A stretch of DNA of 64,000 bases from Candidatus Bathyarchaeota archaeon (GTDB lineage Archaea > Thermoproteota > Bathyarchaeia > TCS64), in assembly GCA_016783455.1 (NCBI GenBank), contig JADHWN010000002.1, positions 25,836-89,835 of the forward strand, given 5' to 3'. Made by a program: the position numbers and the translations under genes. This document shows positions 36,568 through 46,446 of this stretch, in pieces (positions within the stretch are counted from its first letter, which is position 1; every line of letters begins with the position of its first letter). The notes beneath the pieces are model-generated. The model searched no databases and was not told the origin of the DNA. It was given only the letters and a program-made list of their open reading frames with translations.

Positions 36568-36732
36568 ATGACGCGTAGCATGATGAGGGAGCTTGATGAG
36601 TTCTTCCTGTCCAGGGTTGAGATCCCTGCCATGAGGCATGAGAAAAATCAGGCCATAGAAATCCTAATCAGTGAAGAGGCCCTGCTTCTTGCGAAATATC
36701 TGAGAAATAAAATTATGACTTGGATCCCATGA
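36568..36732 (+). pseudogene. cas1: C-terminal remnant of a stand-alone Cas1-like endonuclease (54 aa)
   Basis: MTRSMMRELDEFFLSRVEIPAMRHEKNQAIEILISEEALLLAKYLRNKIMTWIP resembles, from memory, the C-terminus of archaeal solo Cas1 (VEIPR..HG..Q.IETLI.EEALL.AKYLR....W.P). Confidence 0.6.
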
Positions 36733-36807
36733 ATATCATAAAGAAATTTTCTTTTGGTATTCTCTAATGATGGAAATCATATTACATTTATTTTTCTAGC
36801 TAAGTAA

Positions 36808-39378
36808 ATGCTTTTAATAATTTTACTTAAAGATATAAATGATAATATGAACATCCCCGATCTAAGAATAATTGAGTTTCAAGGTCCATTACATTACATG
36901 CGCACACATTACCCGGAGCTTTTTTCAGATTCGAAAATAATTTCTGAACCTATACTGACAGAATCATTACTGGGATATCATCTTGACACGTTAACTAATC
37001 GGAAACAGGAATTAGAGTTTGAGAGTTTTGCAACTAGGCTTGTTGAATTGGAAATATGTCCAAACATTAAGCCACAAACAGGACCTGTTGGAGGTGGAGA
37101 TGGTGGTTTTGATGCTTCGACTTATCCAGTTTCTCCTGAACTTAGTGAGAGAACATGGTGGGGTAATCCTAATCCGCCAACAGATGAAAAATGGGCTTTT
37201 GCGATAAGCTGTAAGAAAAAATGGACTGATAAAGTACACTCAGATATAAAAAAAATATATGAATTAGATGAAAATTTCTCAAAAGTATTTTTTATTACAA
37301 ACCAATATGCTCGTGCTGCAACTCGTGGAAAAAAAGAAAAAGAATTAGGAGAAGAATACGATTTTGAAGTTCATATTCTTGATCGCACATGGATTATTAC
37401 GAAAGTTCTTGAAAACAAACATGAAGAAATGACAATTGAATTATTGGACCTTAAAGTAGAAAAAAGGGACAGGATAAAATGGGGACCACTAGATACATCC
37501 AGAAATGAGGAACTAGAAAATCTCGAAAAAAAATTGGGTGATCCTAAAAGCTATTATGGTAATGATTTTTTACTAGCACGAGATTATTTCAAAGCAGCAA
37601 CTCTTGCTCGAGGTCTTGAAAAACCCAGGGCAACCATTGAAGGGTTATTTGTACGGTCTTTTCAAATAGCAGAAAAAGTAGGATTATCTGGTCAAATTAT
37701 TGAAATTGGTTATGAATATGCTTGGACTTGTTTTTGGTGGTTTGAAGATTACGAATCTTTGAATAGAATTTATGGAGAAATTGAGGAATACTTGAATCAG
37801 ACAGATGATTCATATGACTGCGAATATTTTCTTAATCTTTGGATGCTACTTTTTGGTGCTGTAAATGGAGGTATATTATCATCAGAATCTGTAGATTTAT
37901 CGAATAGAATAAATGTCATAAAAAAATGGTTAGATGAAAACTCACAAGATGAAAGTCGACCAAATAACGCACTTTTTTCAAAGATATTATCCAGAACTGT
38001 TGATTTAATAGAATCAATAGGCGACTCCGATGAGATAGACGATATTTTTAAAGCGATTATTGAGGATTTGGAGGAGTCAGAAGGACTTGTTACATTCCCG
38101 TTTATGAAGATAATAAATAGATTCATTAACTTTGGTCAATTTTTTTCAAAAAATGAAGGATACAATTTATTATTTGAAACAATTGAAAAACTTTCAATAG
38201 ATAGAACTAGCGAAAATCAAAGAGGAGAATTATTTTATATTCGAGGAGTACAATGTCTTGAAAATGATCAATTAGAATTAGCTCTCAAATATTTAGGTCA
38301 AGCAAGAGTTTTACTAGCTAAAGAAGAAACAATAGTAAAAAGTATACGGGCATCATACGGGTGTTCAATTGCATATTTTGGGTTGGAGCATCATTGGGCT
38401 GCAAAGATGGAAGCGTTAATATCCGTTTTTCTAAGTACAAGTGGTAAAACATTGGATTCTATGCAGTTTCTTTTAGAACATTTTTTAGCGATAAAATTGT
38501 TATGTTGGGAAGAATTACGATTGGGGCAAATTAGGTCCTTTTCACAGTGGTATCGGTATAACTTGATCGTATTGGACTATCTTGAAAAGGATGGACATGA
38601 TTGCGAGAAATTTAAAGAAGAATTAATGATACAAGATTGTGTCCTTGGTTGTTTTCTGTTAAACATTTCTGATAGCAACCTCAATGATTTAAAGCAGATA
38701 CAGAATCGCTTAGAATCTAACGGTTTATTTATGAGCGAACTTTGTTTAAAATATCGAAATCAAGGTTTTCAAGGAGTACAAGAAGAGTTTCCAGAGGAAT
38801 TGAGTGCTGAAGAAAAAATATACGAATATTTTTATATGTTGAAACAGAATCCGGCTTCTGCTCAAATACCTGCTGAGTTGACTGACGAGTTTAAAGAGTA
38901 TAAAAAAATTGACACAGAGATTATGGGAATCAAATATATCGTCACTACGAGGAATTTCTTAGGTACAATCTTAATCTCTGAAAATCTTTTAGGAGTCATT
39001 GAAGCTGCTTTATGTTTAGCAAAATGGGAGAATTTTGCATTTATAGTTGATGAAATACATTTTCTTGTGGATATACATGATTCAGGCAATAATCCCCCAT
39101 TGAACATTATTGCACAAGAAACTAATCCAGATGGTTATTTTTTAATTTGGAAACCTGATGTTCTTGAATACATAATAAAATCACCAAAAGAGATTCGAGA
39201 TTTTTTTCATAAATTCTTTTTCAAAATATTACTTGATTCCACCATAGATCCGAAAGAAGACTTACAAGAAGAATTTGAAAGATTACATTCAGAACATACG
39301 TTTAGTAGAGCAATGAGTTTTACTCCAACAGGGATAATGAACTTAACTATATTAGGAGAGAATTACTATGACATCTAA
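36808..39378 (+). CDS. Large protein with N-terminal PD-(D/E)xK-like nuclease and TPR-like helical repeats (putative defence protein); start may be 36847
   Basis: EFESFATRL..EICPNI.PQTGPVGGGDGGFDA...FAISCKK; TPR-like ALKYLGQA..LL; very low GC. Confidence 0.6.
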   Translation: MLLIILLKDINDNMNIPDLRIIEFQGPLHYMRTHYPELFSDSKIISEPILTESLLGYHLDTLTNRKQELEFESFATRLVELEICPNIKPQTGPVGGGDGGFDASTYPVSPELSERTWWGNPNPPTDEKWAFAISCKKKWTDKVHSDIKKIYELDENFSKVFFITNQYARAATRGKKEKELGEEYDFEVHILDRTWIITKVLENKHEEMTIELLDLKVEKRDRIKWGPLDTSRNEELENLEKKLGDPKSYYGNDFLLARDYFKAATLARGLEKPRATIEGLFVRSFQIAEKVGLSGQIIEIGYEYAWTCFWWFEDYESLNRIYGEIEEYLNQTDDSYDCEYFLNLWMLLFGAVNGGILSSESVDLSNRINVIKKWLDENSQDESRPNNALFSKILSRTVDLIESIGDSDEIDDIFKAIIEDLEESEGLVTFPFMKIINRFINFGQFFSKNEGYNLLFETIEKLSIDRTSENQRGELFYIRGVQCLENDQLELALKYLGQARVLLAKEETIVKSIRASYGCSIAYFGLEHHWAAKMEALISVFLSTSGKTLDSMQFLLEHFLAIKLLCWEELRLGQIRSFSQWYRYNLIVLDYLEKDGHDCEKFKEELMIQDCVLGCFLLNISDSNLNDLKQIQNRLESNGLFMSELCLKYRNQGFQGVQEEFPEELSAEEKIYEYFYMLKQNPASAQIPAELTDEFKEYKKIDTEIMGIKYIVTTRNFLGTILISENLLGVIEAALCLAKWENFAFIVDEIHFLVDIHDSGNNPPLNIIAQETNPDGYFLIWKPDVLEYIIKSPKEIRDFFHKFFFKILLDSTIDPKEDLQEEFERLHSEHTFSRAMSFTPTGIMNLTILGENYYDI

Positions 39379-39883
39379 AAATAAAAAAGCCCCATTACAT
39401 AAATTATACGATGCAGAAAAATCACTAGAATATATAAAAAATAGATACATCAGAATTAGAGAGATGATGGAAAAACAGATTACTGCGTTACAACAAGACC
39501 AAGAGTTTAAAAAAATATGTCAAAAGTATAATAAAGATGGATACCCTGATTGGGTAATTTTAAGTGCAATTATGAATTGTGTAATAAATACTAGAATGAA
39601 AGATTTACAATATGATGTATTAAGAAATCCAGAGAAATTCTTAGAAATCTCAGAAGAAATAAAGGAGTTAGTATATTCACCAAAAAAAATTTTAAAGGAT
39701 TTGGACAAGAACATAAAGTTACATGCTATAATATGTTTACCCACATATGGGTTTGAATTAAGAAGAAAGGATATTACACCAGAAGTAGTTGAACGGTTCC
39801 TGAGAGAAAGAATGGTGCATTACTCTCATGATCTCCCTCATAATCCACTTTTTGGTGAGTCTGATGGAAATTGGCCTGTTTGA
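39368..39883 (+). CDS. Hypothetical protein coupled to the nuclease-TPR gene
   Basis: Overlaps the upstream stop; same low GC; GYPDWVILSAIMN. Confidence 0.6.
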   Translation: MTSKNKKAPLHKLYDAEKSLEYIKNRYIRIREMMEKQITALQQDQEFKKICQKYNKDGYPDWVILSAIMNCVINTRMKDLQYDVLRNPEKFLEISEEIKELVYSPKKILKDLDKNIKLHAIICLPTYGFELRRKDITPEVVERFLRERMVHYSHDLPHNPLFGESDGNWPV

Positions 39884-40044
39884 TTCATGCGCGAGCGCGA
39901 AAATGCACACTGATTATTTGAAAGAGCATATAATTTTAGTTTGGTTGACTCTAAAACCATGATTAATAATACACGAATTAGGAGGTATAATCTTTTATAA
40001 ATCGTGTTTGTGTTTGTGTATTTCAGAGGGTATTCTTACCAACA

Positions 40045-40581
40045 TCAGTAGCCAATGATCGTGATCGTGTAAGGTAACTTTACTCTCGTATTTCCGGACA
40101 GGGCATTGCAGATATCTACGCACTTTTCGAAATCCTTGGATATTATCTGCTTACTCTTGGATTTGTACCTATACTCATTTGCTACTGCGATCACGAGATG
40201 GTCAACATTCGTCATCACCATACCTAGGATCAAGTCTCTGTATATCGCATTTCCCATGACACCCCTACCAGCTTCTATTTCTAATCCGACTCGAGTCTTA
40301 CTATTATAGGCGTCAATCTCGTACTTCAGCTGGGGATTGCCGTTAATACCAAACGTGACAGGTCGGAAAATTTTGTCAGAACTTTTCTTGGATTTTTCGA
40401 CGTCAAATCCGATTGCTTCTAAGTCGGTTCGTATAAACCCAAGAACAACATCACTGCTTCCGGACATCCCTTGTACGGTAGAGATGGATGATTCATTTTT
40501 TCGCAAACACTCAACGACGTCTAACACGAATTGGGGTGGTTCGTGAGTTATTGGGAAATGTTGGAATCTAATATCTGACAT
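40045..40581 (-). CDS. Orphan restriction-endonuclease-fold protein (BglII/BstYI-like)
   Basis: YEIDAY...GLEIEAGRG..GNAIYRDL. Confidence 0.6.
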   Translation of the reverse strand: MSDIRFQHFPITHEPPQFVLDVVECLRKNESSISTVQGMSGSSDVVLGFIRTDLEAIGFDVEKSKKSSDKIFRPVTFGINGNPQLKYEIDAYNSKTRVGLEIEAGRGVMGNAIYRDLILGMVMTNVDHLVIAVANEYRYKSKSKQIISKDFEKCVDICNALSGNTRVKLPYTITIIGY

Positions 40582-40621
40582 TTTTCTCGTGTTTTACCTT
40601 ATTATCCTATGAAATAATCTT

Positions 40622-40702
40622 TGTGTGTGCGTGTGTGTACAGAGACTGAGTGAGAGGGAGAGTGAGAGAGGGGAGGAGTAGGAGAAGGGTTTGGGTTTGG
40701 GG
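40622..40702 (+). repeat. Low-complexity (TG)n / (GA)n / GGGTTT tract
   Basis: tgtgtgtgcgtgtgtgt...gagtgagagggagagtgagagaggggagg...gggtttgggtttgggg. Confidence 0.7.
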
Positions 40703-40763
40703 ATTAAATTTAACTCCCGCATACTTGGGTTTGGATCGTATGCACGAGAGAATCATTCATACA

Positions 40764-41378
40764 TCATCGCCAGACCTTGATGCCCTTCTCGTGGATGTAG
40801 TCCGCTGCGAGCTCCGCGATATCTGGGGCGTTGAAGGATATCCACCGGTTATCCTTGACGTAGGCCACGATCTCCCTGTAGGATATCTCCTTCAAGTGGC
40901 GGGGCTCCAGGTACTCAGTGAGCATCGACTGGGCGACCTCCCTCGCCAGCCTGTACTTGGGGCTCAAGGTCCTGTAGTGAAGGTTGATGGCCTTCGCCAC
41001 ATCCTCCGGGACGTAATGGCCACGGAGCCCCCAGACCTTGGGAATGGGTCCACTGCGCTTCATCCTCCGCCGGGGCATCTTGATGACCGGCTCCACAATC
41101 TCCAAGGCCATCAACTGCTTTAGGACGCGGTGGGAGGTGGTCTCGGGCATCCCGAGCTGGATCTGGAGCAGCCAGGCGGTGACCGCCCCGGTCCTGCAGA
41201 GATAGATGAAGGCCTGCCCCATCCACTCTGAGCTGAAGATACGCCCACACGCTGACAGTATTTCACGATCAGTAGCTAAACTATTTCTACTAATAATACT
41301 GTCATTTGATAGTATTATTCTAAAAGCCCTTATTATATATAATATGGGAATACTGTCATGGCGTGGCAGTTTTACCAT
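40764..41378 (-). CDS. wHTH protein, candidate replication initiator; 5' region AT-rich with repeats
   Basis: AWLLQIQLGMPETTSHRVLKQLMALEIV HTH; last gene of the early operon; start uncertain. Confidence 0.55.
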   Translation of the reverse strand: MVKLPRHDSIPILYIIRAFRIILSNDSIISRNSLATDREILSACGRIFSSEWMGQAFIYLCRTGAVTAWLLQIQLGMPETTSHRVLKQLMALEIVEPVIKMPRRRMKRSGPIPKVWGLRGHYVPEDVAKAINLHYRTLSPKYRLAREVAQSMLTEYLEPRHLKEISYREIVAYVKDNRWISFNAPDIAELAADYIHEKGIKVWR

Positions 41379-41519
41379 AGAAAATCTCCGTACAACTGTG
41401 TTCTCACATGTGGGTTCCCTTTAATTACCCTTTTTATTAACTGCATAATCGTCACATCCTGTGATTCCGGGAAACATAGGAGACGCGCACATATGGAATA
41501 TCTAACATGATTACATGGC

Positions 41520-43376
41520 TCAGCTCTGAGCCTCCGGGAGCAGCAGGCTCACCAGAAACGTCTCTACCTGAGCGATGGCCTCCGAGTCGACCAGCCCTGT
41601 GAGCCTGTCCTCGAGGAACTCTCCCAGGCTCCAGGTGACGAAGCCGGTGTTCTTGGAGTAGGTCGCCAGGCGGGCCTCCTCAAGCCTGTGCAGCTGCTGA
41701 TAGAAATTGCCCGGGATCCTACCAGTCTTCCCCCTCATAATGAGGTAGAGCTCCGACGTCTTCAGCGGAGTTCTCTCCCTGATGATTAGGGCGGCGCGTT
41801 TAGGCTCAGCCGAGAGGGCCCTTATCCTGTCAGCCGCCTCCGATATGAAGGCCTCCTTGAGCACATCCCGGGCAGCCTGGTCGACGTCGACGGTGACAAC
41901 TCGGACCTCGGGCAGCTCCTGGAGGACCTGGGAGAGTCGACCGTCGACGATGGCCGTGACCTCGCTGGCGGCCATGGATGGCGCCGTGGAGCCCCCCCGT
42001 TTGAAGTCGTCGCTGTCGAGCTGCAGTATCGTGATCAGGGCCTCCCGGAGCCCATTGACTGCGTCGACGCCCTGCATGACGTTCGAGAGCTCCTCTCGGA
42101 GTTCGTCAACGGTTTTCTTGAGGGCGTCCACCTGGTCTAGGTCGGAGAGCTGCGCCTCCAGCTTGTCGACATCGCGCTCAAATCCCTCCTTCTCACCCTT
42201 TACGGCCTCTAGCTCCTCTCGGAGGGCTTCGACGTCTACCTCTGGTTCAGATCCCTCTTGGAGGACCTGCAACCGTTCTTTCAGTACCGCTATCTCTTCC
42301 TTCAGGGTTTCATTTTCCTGTCGATACATCTCCTCATCACCTTGAGCCCCGTCTTCCTTCATACTCCTCAGGTAGTCACTCACGATGTGGACGGAGAGCT
42401 CCCCCACGGCCACCCTGCGCCCCATCTCCTCGGGGACGCCGGCGGGGAGGACGTAGACGTGGACCAGCTCGTTCCTCTTGTTCCTCAGGTAGAAGTGGCC
42501 CAACCTGAGGCCCTGGATATCCTCCACCTTCACCCGGTTCCCCAGGGAGACCCTGGTCCTCTTCGCCTCGTTCTCCTCCACCTGAACCCCCAGCAGCCAC
42601 GTCGTGCACTGCCCGATGAGCTCGTTGTCGACGCCCCTCAGGTCCTGGCTGTCGACCCAGATGTGGTTCCCGATCGAGGCTCCCTCCCGGGCCAACTCTA
42701 TCGCAGCGGCCTTCACCGGCGTCGTCAGCTGGTAGGGCACGTACTTCCAGCCCTCGGGGAGCATCACGACGACGTCCCTCATCTTCTCCATGACGTAGGT
42801 TATGGTGCGCTCCATGACGAGGCAGCACATCTCGAAGGTGAGGGGCTCCAGATCCATGAGGTTGATCCCCTTCTCCAGCTTCAGGCTCGACGCGTACTCC
42901 CTCTCCTCCAGCTGGGGAAGGATTATGTCGAAATAGGCCGTCAGCTTCAGGTACTGGTTCTCGTCGATACCCCGCCGAGCATCCTCCTGGAGCCTCCTGA
43001 TGTTCTCGTAGACGTCACGGAGGGCCCTGGCGCCGTCGCATGCCCTGATGATCCAGGCCTCCTCGAAGTTCATCGCCCTCCCCTGGCTCGCCTCGAGGAT
43101 ACTCTTCACGTACTGCCAGCTGATGTACCTGCTCCGCTGCGCCCGGGGCTCCCTGTAGAAGGGCTTCAGAATGTTGACGGCGTCGAAGGCCATCTCCCCG
43201 CGCTTGGTCCTGAAGGCTATAGCCCGGCGCCCCGATCGGCTTACCAGGGCGTTCAACGTCTCAGTCTTCCCCGCCATGCGGGTCTGACCCGTGATTATGG
43301 CGTGATCCGGATCTATGTGTACGGGCTTCCCGCTTCCCAGCTCGAAGCCCAGGAGTATCTCCGTCGGCTCCTTCAC
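41520..43376 (-). CDS. HerA/FtsK-like (DUF87-type) ATPase with coiled coil and C-terminal wHTH
   Basis: HAIITGQTRMAGKT, variant Walker B VMLPEGW, AREG, DSQ motifs. Confidence 0.72.
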   Translation of the reverse strand: MKEPTEILLGFELGSGKPVHIDPDHAIITGQTRMAGKTETLNALVSRSGRRAIAFRTKRGEMAFDAVNILKPFYREPRAQRSRYISWQYVKSILEASQGRAMNFEEAWIIRACDGARALRDVYENIRRLQEDARRGIDENQYLKLTAYFDIILPQLEEREYASSLKLEKGINLMDLEPLTFEMCCLVMERTITYVMEKMRDVVVMLPEGWKYVPYQLTTPVKAAAIELAREGASIGNHIWVDSQDLRGVDNELIGQCTTWLLGVQVEENEAKRTRVSLGNRVKVEDIQGLRLGHFYLRNKRNELVHVYVLPAGVPEEMGRRVAVGELSVHIVSDYLRSMKEDGAQGDEEMYRQENETLKEEIAVLKERLQVLQEGSEPEVDVEALREELEAVKGEKEGFERDVDKLEAQLSDLDQVDALKKTVDELREELSNVMQGVDAVNGLREALITILQLDSDDFKRGGSTAPSMAASEVTAIVDGRLSQVLQELPEVRVVTVDVDQAARDVLKEAFISEAADRIRALSAEPKRAALIIRERTPLKTSELYLIMRGKTGRIPGNFYQQLHRLEEARLATYSKNTGFVTWSLGEFLEDRLTGLVDSEAIAQVETFLVSLLLPEAQS

Positions 43377-43861
43377 GGGTCCTCCTCCACGTGACTCTTC
43401 ATGTCGGGGCCTCTGGCGAGGGCATCCAGGATACCCAGATCCTTGGCGCAGCTGTCGCAGAAGTCGAGCTCTCCCCTCTCTCCCTCGTCAAGGTAGAGGA
43501 CGATGGGTACCCCCACGACGAGCTCCTGACAGTGGAGGCACAGGGCGACGTTTGCCTTCGCCCTGAGGGGCATCCACTCGAAGCCGGCGACGGTCACCGA
43601 CTCCTCGGCGTACTCCCAGCCTACGAGGTCACGTCGGTCCCAGCTCTCGCCCATGTCGTGGCCGTAGGGCCCCATCTCAAGGACCTCGGGGCAGTCCTCC
43701 TGATGGTGGCCCTTCACGAGGACGTCTCCCAAGTTCCCCTCATCGTCGACATATGTCACCTTGACCATGTAGGGGCCCTCGCAGACGGGGCACGTGTCGG
43801 CGGCCTCCATCCAGACGTCCCGGGGGAAGTCCTTGAGCCGTTTAAGCAGCCTTTGCTCCAT
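43373..43861 (-). CDS. Zinc-finger protein
   Basis: CPVC, H..DC, CLHC, CDSC. Confidence 0.6.
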   Translation of the reverse strand: MEQRLLKRLKDFPRDVWMEAADTCPVCEGPYMVKVTYVDDEGNLGDVLVKGHHQEDCPEVLEMGPYGHDMGESWDRRDLVGWEYAEESVTVAGFEWMPLRAKANVALCLHCQELVVGVPIVLYLDEGERGELDFCDSCAKDLGILDALARGPDMKSHVEEDP

Positions 43862-44111
43862 GCTTCTCCCTCTCCCTGCTGTAGACCTCGCCGCGGCCCA
43901 GAGGCGACTTCATGCTCCGGACACGGGGGGCCTCCTGTATCCTCATGATGAGGCTGATCCACCGGGACACCGTCTCCCAGCTCGAACCCGTCCTGCGGGC
44001 GATCTCCTCGACGGTGACGTAGTTCCGGACGGGCAGGGCGTCCATTATCGCCCAGAATATCTCCTCATTTGACTTCTTCGACTTCCGCCTGCTCATGAAA
44101 ACGGCCTCCAA
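43842..44111 (-). CDS. Small HTH protein
   Basis: TVEEIARRTGSSWETVSRWI. Confidence 0.7.
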   Translation of the reverse strand: MEAVFMSRRKSKKSNEEIFWAIMDALPVRNYVTVEEIARRTGSSWETVSRWISLIMRIQEAPRVRSMKSPLGRGEVYSREREKHGAKAA

Positions 44112-44261
44112 CCTCCCTGTGAGAGGGGTACGGCCTCCACTCTGAATGGGGTGAGTCTGGCTCTACAGCCCGACTGTCCCCCAGAATATTGAGTCTGGGT
44201 ATCTTCACTTTCAGGAACATACCCTATTTTGGACACAGCTTACCCTCCAGACAAAGTGCGT

Positions 44262-44525
44262 TCATCTGACCTCCTCCATGTGGGCCATCAGCTCATCCCT
44301 CCTGGTGGCGACGAACCCACACCTGCAGTAATAGGCAAGGCCGTGAGGGCCCCTGTGGCGTCTATGGCCTGCGGGCTTCCCGCAGATACAGCTCTCGTGT
44401 ATGACGTTGATCTGCTTCCCGCACCCCCAGCAGTACTTGACGATTGAGGATACGACGGTCGCCTCATCTCCTGTCTTGCAGTGGGGGCAGGCCACGGTTA
44501 GGGGCATGGGCACGAGTACAGTCAA
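44262..44525 (-). CDS. Small zinc-finger protein
   Basis: CPHC, CWGC, CICG, CRCG...H. Confidence 0.6.
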   Translation of the reverse strand: MTVLVPMPLTVACPHCKTGDEATVVSSIVKYCWGCGKQINVIHESCICGKPAGHRRHRGPHGLAYYCRCGFVATRRDELMAHMEEVR

Positions 44526-46042
44526 CCAGCCGCCACCTCCGGGGCCTGGTCCTGGACGAACTGCTCAAGGGTCATCTGCGAGAACCGGGTGTCCCTCGCC
44601 AGCCTTCTGATGAGCACAGTATCGGCGCCGTGGCGCTTGCAGAGAGGGCAGAGGGTCGGAGGATCCCTGGAGTCCCCACGCTCCACGTAGAGCTCCCTCT
44701 GTACACGCCTGACCAGCCCCCCAGCTTCGTATTCGGAGAGGCCGTAGGCCACAGCTATCTCCCAGACGTATACGTCAAGGTTCGCCTCGGGATGCTCCAC
44801 GAGATACTCTCTGACGTACTCCTCCGCAGGCTGCTCCGGGGCTACAGGACCGCGAGGTTCGTGCACAGGTTCACTTCTCGGCTTCTCCGGGAGCATCTGA
44901 GGTTCGAGGGCGCCAAGATCCGCCTGCTGAACTACGGCCTCAGGCTCCTCGACGGAGTAGTCGATGTCCTTGATCTGGTTCCACTGCTGCAACGTGTTCC
45001 ACTCACCCGAGCCCCTGTGAGGCCTCTTCGACTCCAAGCCGTAGGCGACCTCCCTGATCATCTCGTCGTTGATGGGCAACCCCAGGAGGATCTCCGCCCT
45101 CTCGGGCTCCATGACCCGGTTATAGGCGGCGTAGAACAGGAGACCGTACTTGACGGCCCTCTGGATATCCTCCAGCTGATCCCTGTGCTCCCTGCACCAC
45201 TGCCTCACATCCCGGGCCTTCACAGTGGAGAGCCCCTGCCTCTCGGGGAGGGGTGGCCTGATCATGTTCTGGGCCTCGCTGGACCGCATCCTCAGGGGCT
45301 CAACCCTCCTGGTCAGGTCGTCGAAGTCCTTCACCGGCTCAACCTCGAATTCCTCCAGCTGCTCCTTGACCTCGGAGACAGGCTGACGCTCCTGCCGCCT
45401 CATGAACTCCCGGCGCACCTCGCTGAACAGCATGGATATCTGGGTCGACGGAGGAAGATCCTCGTGGACCTTCACGTAGTGCTCTATCTCCCTGCCCAGC
45501 TCACAGAGCTCCTCCTGTGTGGCACCAAGGTTTAGGACGGCTTGGGCCTGTCTGAGACTCATACGGTGGACTGTCGCGCGCGACAGAACTTCCTCCAACC
45601 GGAGAATAGCTAGGCGACGTGAAACCCACTGCTCCCCAGCGTTACCAGGGCGCCCTATTCGTTCAGCTAGTTCCCTCTGAGAGTGGCCGTGCTCCTGGAT
45701 CATGTGCCTCAGCCACCGCCCCCTGTCGTACTCTGAGAGGGGCAGCCGGTTCTCGTTCTCAGCCCACTGGGCAAGGAGAAACCTCTCCCCGTCCAGCTCC
45801 TCGACGATGGCGTTCACCTCATCGACACCTATGAGCTCCAAAGCCTCCAGCCGGCAATCACCGAACACAAGCTCGAAGTCGCCCTCAATCTCAGGGTGAG
45901 GCCTCACCTTGATGTCCGACTGCTGGCCATCCTCCCTCAGGCTACCGGCGAGGCGCTCGATCTCTTCGGCCGGCTTATGGCTCCGTATGACGAACTTAGG
46001 CCGGTGTATCCGGCTGATTGATACCCGAATAGACTGGCTCAC
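44522..46042 (-). CDS. ParB/RepB/Spo0J-family protein with C-terminal extension
   Basis: LAGSLREDGQQSDIKVR, LVFGDCRLEA, AENENR, HTH SQRELAERIG..VSRRL. Confidence 0.85.
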   Translation of the reverse strand: MSQSIRVSISRIHRPKFVIRSHKPAEEIERLAGSLREDGQQSDIKVRPHPEIEGDFELVFGDCRLEALELIGVDEVNAIVEELDGERFLLAQWAENENRLPLSEYDRGRWLRHMIQEHGHSQRELAERIGRPGNAGEQWVSRRLAILRLEEVLSRATVHRMSLRQAQAVLNLGATQEELCELGREIEHYVKVHEDLPPSTQISMLFSEVRREFMRRQERQPVSEVKEQLEEFEVEPVKDFDDLTRRVEPLRMRSSEAQNMIRPPLPERQGLSTVKARDVRQWCREHRDQLEDIQRAVKYGLLFYAAYNRVMEPERAEILLGLPINDEMIREVAYGLESKRPHRGSGEWNTLQQWNQIKDIDYSVEEPEAVVQQADLGALEPQMLPEKPRSEPVHEPRGPVAPEQPAEEYVREYLVEHPEANLDVYVWEIAVAYGLSEYEAGGLVRRVQRELYVERGDSRDPPTLCPLCKRHGADTVLIRRLARDTRFSQMTLEQFVQDQAPEVAAG

Positions 46043-46098
46043 GGCCTACATCCTCCGAGCCGGCGCCCCTGGGGACCCGCACCTGTGTCCACACTTTT

Positions 46099-46446
46099 TC
46101 ATGTCATGCACCTCGTGTGCAACCTACATATCACCAGGGACACCGGCTCCCGTATGGGGAAGTACCCCAGGGACTCGAAGTGCTCCCGCACGTCCCCGGG
46201 GATCCCTCCGAACTTTTCAGCGAGCAGCCTGAACATGGCGGCCTTCTGCTCCTCTGAGAGGCGGCCCAGGTCTCCCTCGAAGAACCTCCCCTGCCCGTTC
46301 CTGTGGGCCACGGGATGCTTGATGGGCATCCGCGCCTCAGGATCCACCTCAGCCCACATGTCATACCTGGGGTCCAGGCAGGAGACCATGGCCCAGCACT
46401 CGCACTCAGACATCGCCCCGGGCCTCCTCGAGGCGGAACCTATCAA
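46099..46446 (-). CDS. Hypothetical viral protein
   Basis: In operon, same strand. Confidence 0.5.
   Translation of the reverse strand: MIGSASRRPGAMSECECWAMVSCLDPRYDMWAEVDPEARMPIKHPVAHRNGQGRFFEGDLGRLSEEQKAAMFRLLAEKFGGIPGDVREHFESLGYFPIREPVSLVICRLHTRCMT

Noticed and set aside
36540-36810. CRISPR array near the Cas1-like remnant
   Set aside because: No regularly spaced repeats seen here or elsewhere in the window
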